DNA of 64,000 bases from Geopsychrobacteraceae bacterium (GTDB lineage: Bacteria > Desulfobacterota > Desulfuromonadia > Desulfuromonadales > Geopsychrobacteraceae): positions 1,120,001 through 1,184,000 of the forward strand of contig OY759353.1 of NCBI GenBank assembly GCA_963662315.1, read 5' to 3'. Position 1 is the first letter of the stretch; each line of letters starts with the position of its first letter. Below are positions 49,853 to 60,292 of the stretch, in pieces. Both the position numbers and the translations under genes were made by a program. Under the pieces are notes generated by a model. The model made no database searches and was not told where the DNA came from. It worked only from the letters and a program-made list of their open reading frames with translations.

Positions 49853-51529
49853 ATGCCCAAAATTAGCCTGCCAAAAGAACGCAAGGTCGGTCACCTTACT
49901 GTGTTGCGCCAGCAGCGAAACATTTCCTATGCCGAGTTTGCAAACTTGACGCAGTCAGAACAATTGGAAATTATCCACAATGCTGAAGGTAAACAGAAAT
50001 ACGACCTGCTGTTAAATTCTCAAAATGCCGAGCAGCTCGTCCCGCAACTACATAGTCAGGAACTTTATCTTACAGTTAACGAACTTGGTGCTGCCGACTC
50101 TGTCGAACTGTTAGCCCTTGCCAGCCCAGAACAGATCACCTTACTTCTCGACCTGGACTGTTGGGACGGAGATACATTAAGCGACGTCCTGTCGTTACGC
50201 TGGTTAGAATTAATCGCAGAAACAGGAGACGATAAACTCTGTCAACTGGCGCGCGAAATAGAACCGGAAATTTTTGCCCTGTTTTTAAAAAAGCACCTGA
50301 CAATTATCCGCGGGCTGGAAGCTTATGACGATGACGATGCAGAGAATTCACGACGGCTTGAATCTCTTTATGACATTCATTACCACAGTGAAGACGCTGC
50401 AAAAGTAATCGGCCAGCTATTATCTTTATGGCAGGAACGTGAACAGGAGACCTACCTGCTGATCATGGAAATGATTCGCAGTGAAAATATTTCCGTTCTA
50501 CAAGAAGAAACCTTCGTAGCCCGTAATAATCGGCTTCTGGACCTGGGCCTCATTCCAACTCACGAAGCACACAGTATCTATTCATACTTAGAGCCGGACT
50601 CTTTTATTACTGGCGACAAAAAAGACTACCACATTGAAGCAGAAGACCAGCCAAGCCCATTTGCTCTGTTGAACAGGGCTCAGCCCGGACATTTGCTTGG
50701 CGAAGTATTTGCGGCAGGAATCTCTCACGAAACCGCCTGTGAACTGCTACACCTGGTTAACCGCAAACTGAGTGCCGACCAAACGGATCTCGCCGACAGC
50801 AAGGAAATCAGCCTCAGCCTGCAAAATATTTACGATACGCTCAACCTCGCGCTTGAGTTCCTGTCCGGAACTGACCTTACCAAAAGCGTTGAAATCACCC
50901 AAACGACCTATCTGCTACGTCTGTATCAACTGGGCCATAGCCTCATTGAACAGAGGCAGCGTAAAGCCCGCCAATTCGCAGCAAGTCTGCTTTACCACTA
51001 CGCTGATTTTCCGGAACTTCTGTTCACTGACTCGCTTCTTGAGAAGCCGGCTCTTTTTTACCGTCCTCCACTAGGGGAACATCCAAGCCAACTGCAAGCA
51101 GTTAGCTCCCTGCAGATATTAACATTTATCGATAAACGCCTGGCTCAGCTTGAGGCATTAACAGACCTCTTTTTAAAACGTCTGCCTTTCCAGCTGGCTC
51201 CCGTTTCTGATGACAATGCTGAACTCCCAACCCTGGCAGGGATCTTCATGACGGCGATCGCCAACCATCTTCTGGGAAAAGAATTCCTGCCGCCCCCCTT
51301 GTCCGCCATGGAAATCATTCAGTTGAAGACAGTCACCATGGAAAATGAACAGAATTTTGAAATTTTTGCTCAGCAGAGCCAGAATCTGATGAATTCTTAC
51401 TGCCAGAGCTGTGACTTCTTTATCGCTTTCTGTCTTGAGATGTGGGAAGACTTTTTTTCAGGCGTTGATGAGACAACTCCTGTAGAACAAAGTGAGTGTT
51501 TTCTGCTTCTTCGCCACCCCCTTTCCTGA
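49853..51529 (+). CDS. DUF6178-like protein
   Basis: ELYLTVNELGAADS.ELL.LASPEQ...LLDLDCWDGD motif; start inferred at ATG 49853 (GGAG RBS), ORF open from 49655. Confidence 0.7.
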   Translation: MPKISLPKERKVGHLTVLRQQRNISYAEFANLTQSEQLEIIHNAEGKQKYDLLLNSQNAEQLVPQLHSQELYLTVNELGAADSVELLALASPEQITLLLDLDCWDGDTLSDVLSLRWLELIAETGDDKLCQLAREIEPEIFALFLKKHLTIIRGLEAYDDDDAENSRRLESLYDIHYHSEDAAKVIGQLLSLWQEREQETYLLIMEMIRSENISVLQEETFVARNNRLLDLGLIPTHEAHSIYSYLEPDSFITGDKKDYHIEAEDQPSPFALLNRAQPGHLLGEVFAAGISHETACELLHLVNRKLSADQTDLADSKEISLSLQNIYDTLNLALEFLSGTDLTKSVEITQTTYLLRLYQLGHSLIEQRQRKARQFAASLLYHYADFPELLFTDSLLEKPALFYRPPLGEHPSQLQAVSSLQILTFIDKRLAQLEALTDLFLKRLPFQLAPVSDDNAELPTLAGIFMTAIANHLLGKEFLPPPLSAMEIIQLKTVTMENEQNFEIFAQQSQNLMNSYCQSCDFFIAFCLEMWEDFFSGVDETTPVEQSECFLLLRHPLS

Positions 51530-51793
51530 GCCGGCACTTTTCCCCTTTAAGTCAGAACGAATAACAGCTTACACGGCCATATCCATGGACGTGTAAGCAA
51601 TTTATATACATAAATAACAACACCCGATTATTAACAACACTTGCAATTATTACAATTCCGATTCGCCATTAAAACCCTGCTATATTATTTTCCCATAATC
51701 AGTTGAATTCCGATGTTTGTTGCGACTATTCTAATGAGAATTCCGGAACCGAAAGATGTCAATGTTTTATAATAAAGGCTATGGAGAGAAAAC

Positions 51794-53074
51794 ATGTTAA
51801 AGAGAATATTGTGGATAGTGATATTGTGCCTTGCTTTCAGCCTTCCAGCCAGTGCAAAAGTTCAAGAAAAGGCATTCACTATTACGCCGATGATCGGAGG
51901 ACATTCTTTTGAAGGAAACCTCAATCTTGATGATTCCCTCTTGTGGGGAATTGCGCTTGGTTACAACTTGACCGATCAATGGGCCCTTGAGGGTGTTTTT
52001 ACGCAAACCAACGCTGATGGCGAACATGGAGCCTCTGACGCAGATATTCTAACCTATCGGATTGATGCCCTCTATCATCTCTGGTCAGGCAAAGCCCTGG
52101 TTCCATACCTCGCTGCTGGCATCGGCGCTATCAGTACTGACTATAACCATGGTGATGACCACGACCATCTGTTGCTGAACTATGGAGCAGGTATCAAATA
52201 CTTCATTCTGGATGATCTGATTGCCCTGCGCGGCGATGTTCGTCATCTGCTTGATTTCCCAGAACCGGACAATAGCCTGCAATACTCTATCGGACTGACT
52301 TTTCAGCTTGGCAAACCCACTCCGGCACCAGCACCAGTTGAGGAAAAAGCTCCTGAGCCAGCGGCAACTCCGCTTGACAGTGATGGCGACGGTATCATTG
52401 ATGAGCAAGATAACTGCCCAGCAACCCCTGCCGGGATCGCTGTTGACAGTAACGGTTGCCCTCTTGATACGGATGGCGATGGCGTTTACGACTATCAGGA
52501 CAAATGTACGGGCACTCCAGCCGGGGTGGCTGTTGACAGCAACGGTTGCCCTTTTGATACGGACGGCGACGGCATTTACGATTATCGAGACAAATGCCCG
52601 GACACTCAGGCCGGGGTGGCTGTTAATAGTAACGGTTGTCCCATTGATACGGATGGCGACACTGTTTACGATTATCTGGACAAATGCCCTGGCACTCCGT
52701 CAGGAGTGCCGGTCGATGCCCAAGGATGTCCAGCAGCGCTGATTCTACATATCAACTTTGGCCATGACAGTAGTAGTATCAGTTCTGCGTATGATCATGA
52801 AATAGCCAAAGCGGCTCAGTGCATCAACGCTTATCCTGGTGAACTCGTCTACATTGATGGACACACCGACAGTGACGGCAAAACAATCTACAACCAGACA
52901 TTATCTGTCAAGCGTGCCACCGCAGTGAAAAACAGACTGGTTGAGCTTTTCAATATTCCGGCCGAGCGCATGGAAGCTCGCGGCTTTGGTGAGGACAAAC
53001 CGGTCGCATCCAATGATACCGCTACCGGCAAAGCACAAAACCGCCGCGTTGAAGTTGCTTGCGGAGCACAATAG
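51794..53074 (+). CDS. OmpA-family outer membrane protein with thrombospondin type 3-like repeats
   Basis: Signal peptide, beta-barrel N-domain, PAPAP linker, DxDGDG repeats, IDGHTDSDG...NQTLSVKRA...NRRVE. Confidence 0.93.
   Translation: MLKRILWIVILCLAFSLPASAKVQEKAFTITPMIGGHSFEGNLNLDDSLLWGIALGYNLTDQWALEGVFTQTNADGEHGASDADILTYRIDALYHLWSGKALVPYLAAGIGAISTDYNHGDDHDHLLLNYGAGIKYFILDDLIALRGDVRHLLDFPEPDNSLQYSIGLTFQLGKPTPAPAPVEEKAPEPAATPLDSDGDGIIDEQDNCPATPAGIAVDSNGCPLDTDGDGVYDYQDKCTGTPAGVAVDSNGCPFDTDGDGIYDYRDKCPDTQAGVAVNSNGCPIDTDGDTVYDYLDKCPGTPSGVPVDAQGCPAALILHINFGHDSSSISSAYDHEIAKAAQCINAYPGELVYIDGHTDSDGKTIYNQTLSVKRATAVKNRLVELFNIPAERMEARGFGEDKPVASNDTATGKAQNRRVEVACGAQ
52370..52729 (+). repeat. Four tandem 90-bp coding repeats (30 aa each)
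   Basis: P(L/F/I)D(S/T)DGD...D.CP.TP.G..VD..GC units starting at 52370, 52460, 52550 and 52640. Confidence 0.93.
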
Positions 53075-53098
53075 ACACACCTCAAATCAACATTAATG

Positions 53099-53132
53099 AA
53101 AAAAGGGTTGCCTAGAAGGGCAACCCTTTTTT
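53099..53132. terminator. Bidirectional terminator
   Basis: AAAAAAGGGTTGCC-tagaag-GGCAACCCTTTTTT. Confidence 0.85.
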
Positions 53133-53210
53133 ACGACCTTCAAGCCGTGCCAAAACCATCTTGCTTAATAAGCAGACCTGAATAAATCGCATTGCAGCAT
53201 CATTAAATTA

Positions 53211-54923
53211 TCAACGATCTATCAAATCATGAGTATTACTGATTTTCAGAGCACGTTCGACGACCTTCATCCCCTCCCCTGTTTTAGAAAAATACAGATA
53301 GATTAAAACTGTTCTTCCCTGAAAATCGGTCAAATGATGAAAAACTGCCGCACAGTACTGCACCTTTCCGCAGCGTGGTACACCCTCTATTTCACTTTTA
53401 ACCTGTTCCTTCACGTATGCAGTTTCGCTATCAGAAAGATCCAGATCGAAAAAGTCCGGAGCATTGCCCGTCATCAGACGTTCATTCAACGCATAATCAC
53501 GGGCCAGACATTCTCGACCGGCAGCAACGCACGAGGCGGTCAAAGCCGAGCACAAAAAGCGATCAAGTTGTGAGTACAGAGTCTTCAAAGCATGGCTTTG
53601 ACTGTACAATCCCTCTGTACGCCAAAACAGATCAAGAGCTTCCAGAAATTTTGCAGGTCCTGAAAAATAGGAACAAAGGTAGTCCAGAGTTTTAGAAAAA
53701 CGTCCACTGTTAACAAAGATATCCAACAGACGGCCGATCCCGCGCAAGCGCTCAAGGTCGTCAAACGACATGCCACTCGACTTCAAAATTGTGTACGGGG
53801 GCTGAGGGTCGAACGTTATCCCCCAATTAACAGCTTGCTGGCGCAAGGGCGCTCCGGGAAGCAACTTAACAGGTTCAATCTGCAGGTGGTCAGCATCCAA
53901 TTTTAAAATAGCATCGATGGATGTTAAAAACTGGGTGTAAGTTTCATCAGGCAGACCTGCAATAAGATCGAGATGAATATGGATGCGGGTGGAGTCTTTA
54001 AGGCGTCGGATATTTTCAGCCAGTCGTTTCGTTGACGAAATACGGCCAACCTTTTTCAGGGTCTCAGGCAAAGTCGACTGAACGCCGATTTCGAACTGAA
54101 AAACGTCATGGGGGACAGTTTGCAGCACCTTAAGCGTTGCTTCGTCGATGAGATGTGCGCCTATTTCAAAATGAAACTGGCTGGAAATATTGTGTTCAAG
54201 AATATAGGTAAAAATCTCCCGCGCCCTGTTACTATTGTAATTAAAGGTCCGATCAACAAATTTGATCAGTTGAACCCTGGCATTAATCAATATCCTTAAG
54301 TCAGCCTTGATGCGCTCCAGGCTAAACGAGCGCACACACTGATCCAGAGCGCTCATACAGAAACTGCATGAGTATGGACAGCCACGACTGCTCTCATAAT
54401 AGACCAGTCCCTTGTTCAAGCTGACCAGCCCTAATTGAAAAGGAGAAGGGATACTATCAAGATCATCAATCAGACTATTAGCAGCCGCTGGTATCTGACC
54501 AGGAAGATGGAGACCGGGGAAGCGAGTGAGTACGTTCCCCTGCTCCCAGCAGCTTAATACATGACGCAAGGGGAGTTCGCCCTCGCCACGAATCAGGCAA
54601 TCTACCGGGTGAGCAGTAAAAAACGACTCAGCTTCGAATGATACCTCTGGCCCGCCAAGAACAATACGGATATTCGGATTGATCAGCTTTATGCAGGAAA
54701 CAAGTTCAAGGGTAGCGAGACGATTCCATAGGTAAACAGAAAAACCGATGACATCCGGTTCTATCGCAATAATTTGAGCGAGAACAATCTCTTTAGGTTC
54801 ATTAACTGAATATTCGCGGATATGGATATCTGCGCAGACATCCTGGCAAAAAGCCTTAAGATATGGCAATGCCAGACTGGCATGTATATACTTGCTGTGC
54901 AGTGTTGTCAGAAGAACTTTCAT
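53211..54923 (-). CDS. B12-binding-domain radical SAM protein (DUF4080-like C-terminus)
   Basis: SKYIHASLA, LGGPEVSF, YESSRGCPYSCSFCMS and KFVDRTFN motifs. Confidence 0.9.
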   Translation of the reverse strand: MKVLLTTLHSKYIHASLALPYLKAFCQDVCADIHIREYSVNEPKEIVLAQIIAIEPDVIGFSVYLWNRLATLELVSCIKLINPNIRIVLGGPEVSFEAESFFTAHPVDCLIRGEGELPLRHVLSCWEQGNVLTRFPGLHLPGQIPAAANSLIDDLDSIPSPFQLGLVSLNKGLVYYESSRGCPYSCSFCMSALDQCVRSFSLERIKADLRILINARVQLIKFVDRTFNYNSNRAREIFTYILEHNISSQFHFEIGAHLIDEATLKVLQTVPHDVFQFEIGVQSTLPETLKKVGRISSTKRLAENIRRLKDSTRIHIHLDLIAGLPDETYTQFLTSIDAILKLDADHLQIEPVKLLPGAPLRQQAVNWGITFDPQPPYTILKSSGMSFDDLERLRGIGRLLDIFVNSGRFSKTLDYLCSYFSGPAKFLEALDLFWRTEGLYSQSHALKTLYSQLDRFLCSALTASCVAAGRECLARDYALNERLMTGNAPDFFDLDLSDSETAYVKEQVKSEIEGVPRCGKVQYCAAVFHHLTDFQGRTVLIYLYFSKTGEGMKVVERALKISNTHDLIDR

Positions 54924-54978
54924 GATTGCATAAATACTCTGCCGTAAGGTTCTATCAACGAAATTGTTACGCTCAGAT

Positions 54979-55024
54979 AAAAACTAGGCAAGCCGTTCCT
55001 GGTAAATAGGGACAGCTTACCTAG
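54979..55024 (-). terminator. Intrinsic terminator after the FKBP gene
   Basis: Minus strand CTAGGTAAGCTGT...ACGGCTTGCCTAG-TTTTT. Confidence 0.65.
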
Positions 55025-55032
55025 CAGCAGAG

Positions 55033-55458
55033 TTATAAAATTTCAACCAATTCGAGCTCAAAGGTCAGATCTTTTCCAGCCAAAGGATGGTTGGCATCAA
55101 GGACTATTTCATCAGCATTGACGGACGTAACCCGCAGGAACATGACATTTCCATCGGCACCAGGAAAGCGAAATTCCTGCCCTATTTCAGGGGGCTCGCC
55201 ATCACCAAACTGGCTGGTCTCAGTCTTAACAAGCAAATCAGGATTATGCGGTCCATATGCTTCGTCGGCAGGGATGCGAACTTTTTTGTTTTCCCCAAGT
55301 GACATCTGGGCGACAGCCTGATCAAAACCCGGTATGACCTGACCGGTGCCTACAACAAATTCCAAAGGGGCTCCTTCTGGAGATGAGTCAAATACTTCAC
55401 CATCATCAAACACTCCGGTATAAGCCACTTTAACGGTTTTACCTGCTTCTACAGCCAT
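55033..55458 (-). CDS. FKBP-type peptidyl-prolyl isomerase (SlyD/SlpA-like, no His-rich tail)
   Basis: YTG..DDGEVFDSS, GQVIPGF and LDANHPLAGKDLTF; start moved to ATG 55458 (GGAGGA RBS). Confidence 0.92.
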   Translation of the reverse strand: MAVEAGKTVKVAYTGVFDDGEVFDSSPEGAPLEFVVGTGQVIPGFDQAVAQMSLGENKKVRIPADEAYGPHNPDLLVKTETSQFGDGEPPEIGQEFRFPGADGNVMFLRVTSVNADEIVLDANHPLAGKDLTFELELVEIL

Positions 55459-55743
55459 AACATTCCTCCTGCTGGCAACATTGAATAAAAGGTTTTGTGT
55501 GAAATTGTCCACATAACAGTCAGCACAAAACATCAACCCTTAAAAAGCCTGCCGGTCCGCATGCCCTGTTCCTCTAAGCAAAAACAAGCTCTGAAACGAC
55601 TCTAGCTTAGGGAAGAATGTTGACCATTTCAACCTATTTTCCATCTTTTTTAAGCACGCATTTGAGTAGACCAGTAACAATGATTAATTGTTGTCCTTGT
55701 CGCGTTTATGCTATTCTCCGCCAGCGCGAAAGGACTGATCATA

Positions 55744-57087
55744 ATGAAACAGAAGAAAACATTTTTAACTGTAGTTGCTGATGAAAGCGGGGAAGTCTTT
55801 GAACATCCAGAATTGCTGATGGCCGGAATGAATGGCATGACGGTATGCCAACCTCTGCCGGAAGAAATGATTCCCCTTCCTGAAGGGAGTCGCCTGTTCA
55901 CAATTCCCGGAACCCCCCCTATAGGATTTGACCTGCACAGTGGGAAGCAGAAGATCGTTCCCACCCTTCCTCAACGCTGGGGAGGTGGCAGAATTCAGGC
56001 TGTTTCAGCCTTTACGACCCCGGCCTTTACCCGCACATTACTGCCAGCAGCAGATTATTCACGTAAAAATATTGAATTAACCCTATGGTCTTATACGGCA
56101 GTAGGTTGGTGCGTAGAAGAAGAACGCTTTTATGTCGCGGCTTCACGGGTTGATCGTAACAGGCAGTGGGAGCCACGTCATTTTGATGACCGGGTCCTCG
56201 AACCATTGGTAAGAAAACGCGTTGCCAGCCAACCCGAAAACCGTCTGGTCGAACAGCTGTCCCGTTGTGCTCTTGATTATCATTGTTTTGCCGCAAAAAA
56301 TCTGTTTTTCGGCCGTTGGGAAGCCCCATTACCAAGTTCACCCGCTTGTAATGCCCAATGCCTTGGCTGCATTTCCCTGCAGGAAGAGCCTAAAGCATGT
56401 CAGTCCAGCCAGGACCGTCTCGACTTTGTACCAACGGTACAGGAACTATGTGAGGTTGCGGTCCCCCATTTAAAGACGGCGGAAAATGCGATTGTCTCAT
56501 TTGGACAGGGTTGCGAGGGAGATCCGATTCTGCAAACCGATCACATCTGTAAAGCGGTTCAAGAGATGCGCCGCCAAACCGTGCGGGGGACGATTAATTT
56601 TAACTCCAACGCGTCAATCCCTGATGCCATCGACAAGCTAGCTAAGGCAGGCATTGATTCAATTCGGATTTCCCTCAATTCGGTTCAGGAACGCTTCTAC
56701 ATGGCATACTACCGTCCACGCCATTACCATTTCAATGATGTCATGGAATCGGCACGACGCGCCAAACAGAATGGCCTGTTCACCATGTTCAATTACCTGG
56801 TGTTCCCCGGCATCAGCGACCGCGAAGATGAAGTTACGAAACTGATCGAAACCATTGACAGGCTCGGCATTGACCTGATTCAGATGCGCAATTTGAGCAT
56901 AGACCCACAAATGTACTGGAATGCCATGGGAGCACAAGGTCAGGGAATTGGCATGAAAGCCATGCTTGACCGGGTCAAAAAAGAAATTCCCCGCATTCAG
57001 TTTGGCTATTTTAATCGCACCAAAGAAAACTTTTACCCGGAGGGATACGAAACAGACTGGCCGCTACCAGCCAGCCTGGAAGAATAA
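55744..57087 (+). CDS. Radical SAM protein of unknown function
   Basis: CNAQCLGC motif and SFGQGCEGDP; start inferred at ATG 55744. Confidence 0.88.
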   Translation: MKQKKTFLTVVADESGEVFEHPELLMAGMNGMTVCQPLPEEMIPLPEGSRLFTIPGTPPIGFDLHSGKQKIVPTLPQRWGGGRIQAVSAFTTPAFTRTLLPAADYSRKNIELTLWSYTAVGWCVEEERFYVAASRVDRNRQWEPRHFDDRVLEPLVRKRVASQPENRLVEQLSRCALDYHCFAAKNLFFGRWEAPLPSSPACNAQCLGCISLQEEPKACQSSQDRLDFVPTVQELCEVAVPHLKTAENAIVSFGQGCEGDPILQTDHICKAVQEMRRQTVRGTINFNSNASIPDAIDKLAKAGIDSIRISLNSVQERFYMAYYRPRHYHFNDVMESARRAKQNGLFTMFNYLVFPGISDREDEVTKLIETIDRLGIDLIQMRNLSIDPQMYWNAMGAQGQGIGMKAMLDRVKKEIPRIQFGYFNRTKENFYPEGYETDWPLPASLEE

Positions 57088-57096
57088 TTTACCTGC

Positions 57097-57669
57097 TCAG
57101 ACGGGTTTTCGAAACTGGCAGAGATAGACATATGGTCCAACCTCTGTAACAGGGCCAGGTTCAAACCCAAGAGGTGAAGCAAGAGCGTTGATATCGTCGG
57201 AGCTGATACGCATTTGTGCTGGCGGTCCCGGGGGACCAGAGAGCTGTTGTTTAAATTCAATAACAGTCAATAAGCCCCCGGGCTTCAAAACCCTGAAAAC
57301 TTCTGAGAACACGGTGAGGCGCTTGTCCGCGGGAATATCATGCAAGGCAGTCGCTAACAGACCGCTATCAAGCCCTTCATTAACAAGCGGCAAACGTTCA
57401 CTGATATCTGCGCAATAGGTTTTGATCCAGTGGATATCACGAGTCCGAGCCTGGTCCTGAAGTTCTGTCAGCCCTTCTGCCCACAGGTCCAGCGCATGAA
57501 TTTTCCCGGTTGCGCCAACCAGATCGGCAGCGGCAAGGCTGTATCGCCCAAAGCCGCACGCAAGATCCAGAAAATGATCCCCTTTTTTGAGACTCAACAA
57601 TTGAACAGTTTGATCCCAATCAACCAAATCAATACTGCTTTTCCCAGCGCCTGCAGGTTTATCCGCCAT
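57097..57669 (-). CDS. Class I SAM-dependent methyltransferase
   Basis: FLDLACGFG and EVFRVLKPGG motifs. Confidence 0.88.
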   Translation of the reverse strand: MADKPAGAGKSSIDLVDWDQTVQLLSLKKGDHFLDLACGFGRYSLAAADLVGATGKIHALDLWAEGLTELQDQARTRDIHWIKTYCADISERLPLVNEGLDSGLLATALHDIPADKRLTVFSEVFRVLKPGGLLTVIEFKQQLSGPPGPPAQMRISSDDINALASPLGFEPGPVTEVGPYVYLCQFRKPV

Positions 57670-57699
57670 TTGAAACCTCCTGTACCCTTTTTTTCGTCA

Positions 57700-58386
57700 T
57701 CACCAGAATTGCCATGATTGGGTCTGCAGAACATACCCCCCCAGAGCCAGGTTCGTGACTCCATGGGCGAGAATACATTGACTCAAACTTCTGGTTTTAT
57801 AAAGAAGCACACAATAAATTGCCCCGGCAACAATCCCGGCCAAGATCAGGTTGTGTTCCAGGCCGAAAAGAACAGAACCGATCACTAAAGAACTGAGAGT
57901 ATAGGTTCCGATTTGAACCTGTGAGAAATCGCTACTGATTATGTAGCGCAGCAAAAAGGAACGCCAGAAAAGTTCTTCCATAACCGGTACCAGAAGTGCC
58001 GCACCGGCAATCCGGAAAGATATCAGCAACCCTCTGGTTAACGGATCGTCAACAAGGGTCGGGTTGAAGCCCTGTGTCTCACCAAAGGAGGCAAATGGCC
58101 AATCCATATTAATCCACAGGATAAAAACAACAACCCCGATGACGAGGCTCAGGCACGTATGTCTCAAATGAAACCAGTCACGTAGATTGATTTCATCATA
58201 ATGGCGCCACAGATAGACCAGAATGGCAGTCACTGTAATAATTTTAATTGGATAGAGAAATAACAGATGCGTTTCGGTCATCCAGCCATACCCCTTATCT
58301 ATGCTCCACTGGACAAGTTGCTGTACAGCTATAAACAGCATAAATACCCCGAACGGGACAATTCTTACCCAGCCAGATTTCGTCAT
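57700..58386 (-). CDS. CAAX prenyl protease-related membrane protein (CPBP family)
   Basis: VPVMEELFWRSFL, LFGLEH and AHGVTNLAL motifs. Confidence 0.88.
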   Translation of the reverse strand: MTKSGWVRIVPFGVFMLFIAVQQLVQWSIDKGYGWMTETHLLFLYPIKIITVTAILVYLWRHYDEINLRDWFHLRHTCLSLVIGVVVFILWINMDWPFASFGETQGFNPTLVDDPLTRGLLISFRIAGAALLVPVMEELFWRSFLLRYIISSDFSQVQIGTYTLSSLVIGSVLFGLEHNLILAGIVAGAIYCVLLYKTRSLSQCILAHGVTNLALGGYVLQTQSWQFW

Positions 58387-58422
58387 ATTATCCCTCCCAC
58401 ACGGATTATTGCCAGAATGATG

Positions 58423-59007
58423 TCAGTATACAATTTTCCACTGAGCAACCTTGCCTGTCGTTTCAGCCATAAACGCAAAAAAATCATCCTCTAATGACTT
58501 ACGATGCAACTCCAGCTGATCATAGCCTTTGCTTAAACAAACTTTCCCCTCCAGACGCTGTTCCAGACGCATGAGAACTTTCAAAACCGTTTCTGGTTGC
58601 CGATAGGAAAGAAGCCAATTGTGTTGTATCATATGCGGTAACTGACGTTGCAATTCCTGACTTAACAAATCTTGGCAATCAGTGAGCCCTAGATATACAG
58701 ACTCGGCAAAGGCATCCAGTGAGCAGGTAGAAAACTGATCCCAGCAGCAGGCCAGGAAATGATCATAGAACACATCAACCAATACCCCTCTAGCGTGACG
58801 GAAGACCGGATCAAGCTGTCTTCTGCTATTCTGAAAGAATTCACTGGTACGGGTCAAGCCATCAATATAACGGTGAAGCCTTATATGACGAACCAGTTCT
58901 TCCGGCAGGTTGGCAAAACTGCTCCCTTTATGAAAATCGCCCATAAGAGAACCGGCCCACCCAAGGGGGAGCGAATCAGAGAAATAAAGATGAGCAAGAT
59001 AGTTCAT
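58423..59007 (-). CDS. acpH: ACP phosphodiesterase
   Basis: MNYLAHL...GDF.KG, LHRYID and VDVFYDHFLA motifs. Confidence 0.88.
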   Translation of the reverse strand: MNYLAHLYFSDSLPLGWAGSLMGDFHKGSSFANLPEELVRHIRLHRYIDGLTRTSEFFQNSRRQLDPVFRHARGVLVDVFYDHFLACCWDQFSTCSLDAFAESVYLGLTDCQDLLSQELQRQLPHMIQHNWLLSYRQPETVLKVLMRLEQRLEGKVCLSKGYDQLELHRKSLEDDFFAFMAETTGKVAQWKIVY

Positions 59008-59158
59008 AAGATCTAAGAACAGGGGAAACCGGCCGCATTGAAAAAACAGTGCGACCGGCCAGAAAAGTTCAGCAAGAAGTTATAGACAGAAAAAACAGAT
59101 CAACCGTTAATCAGAAACGCAAAGCAATCAGTCCCGTGCATTATCACAGATAAGACGT

Positions 59159-60292
59159 CTAATCGACCAGTCGTTGCTCCACTGCCGGTCGTAAATCTTC
59201 TTTGATTCGGTCATTACGGATTAGAAAAGAAAACAGCTCCTTCATCTCTGCCCCCTGATCAGAGCGCAGGAATCGCTTGACAAGGACATCAAATTGTTCG
59301 GCAGGCTGTTGAGACTGCCTTATCAGTAAATCAAACTTGTCGGCTGCCGCCGTAATATTTTTCTGCACCGTATAGAGACAGATCAATCCAGCGGTGGCAA
59401 AAGGATCGTAACCAAAGGAAAGTGCCTTGTTATAACAGCTGTAGGCCTGATCATGCTCATTAAGGTGAAAATAAGCATCTCCCATCCGGACATACAGGGT
59501 TTGAGTTCCTTCTGAGGTTTCCAGAATACGTATCCAGATTGCAAGGGCTTTTTCATACTGACGATGCCACCGATAACAGTTACCAAGACCATACAATGCA
59601 TAAGGGTTGTCCGGATCAACCGTTAAAGCATGGCGAAAATACTTCTCAGCCTTCTGAAAATCAGTAATACGCCAGCATAGCTTCCCGACAATCGTGAGAA
59701 TGTGCAGTTCATCAGGGTCAAGCTTAAGAATCTTCTCGTAAGTTTCTATGGCTTTTTCATCGTACCCCATACGATGCTGCAAATCAGCCAAGCCTGTCAT
59801 GGCAAAGCGGTCACGTGGATCGATTTTAAGAATCTGGCGATACGCATGTTCAGCACGCTCGTATTGCAGCAAAACTTTGCAACTGTCAGCGATCCGGGTC
59901 ATCACATGTTTGTCCTGAGGACGCAATTTCAGATACGTCTCCCACAGCGCAATCGCGTCCTGATGGCGATTCAATCGCTTATAAACATCCCCCAGACCAC
60001 GTAATGCAAAAAGATTTTTGCCATCGCTTTTTAGCAGAGCGGCATAACACTTTTCTGCCCCTTCAAAATCTTCCGTTTCACGGCACGCATCGCCCATACC
60101 GGAGAGAAGATAAGGATTATCCGGCTCCATCTCCAGACCTTCCTGAAACAGCTCCTTAGCTTCCCGATAACGCCGAGCTTTAAGTTTATTGCGAGCCGAC
60201 TTGGAAATATCGATGACTGAAGGGGCCTTTTTTTCAGTGGAGGAAGCGGGATCGTAAACAGATTTCATAAGCAGCAGTTCCTGCCTTTCCAT
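59159..60292 (-). CDS. Tetratricopeptide repeat protein
   Basis: About 8 consecutive 34-aa TPR units, e.g. PDNPYALYGLGNCY; start could be 60268. Confidence 0.9.
   Translation of the reverse strand: MERQELLLMKSVYDPASSTEKKAPSVIDISKSARNKLKARRYREAKELFQEGLEMEPDNPYLLSGMGDACRETEDFEGAEKCYAALLKSDGKNLFALRGLGDVYKRLNRHQDAIALWETYLKLRPQDKHVMTRIADSCKVLLQYERAEHAYRQILKIDPRDRFAMTGLADLQHRMGYDEKAIETYEKILKLDPDELHILTIVGKLCWRITDFQKAEKYFRHALTVDPDNPYALYGLGNCYRWHRQYEKALAIWIRILETSEGTQTLYVRMGDAYFHLNEHDQAYSCYNKALSFGYDPFATAGLICLYTVQKNITAAADKFDLLIRQSQQPAEQFDVLVKRFLRSDQGAEMKELFSFLIRNDRIKEDLRPAVEQRLVD

Noticed and set aside
52370..52729. CRISPR-like periodicity
   Set aside because: In-frame coding tandem repeats without unique spacers
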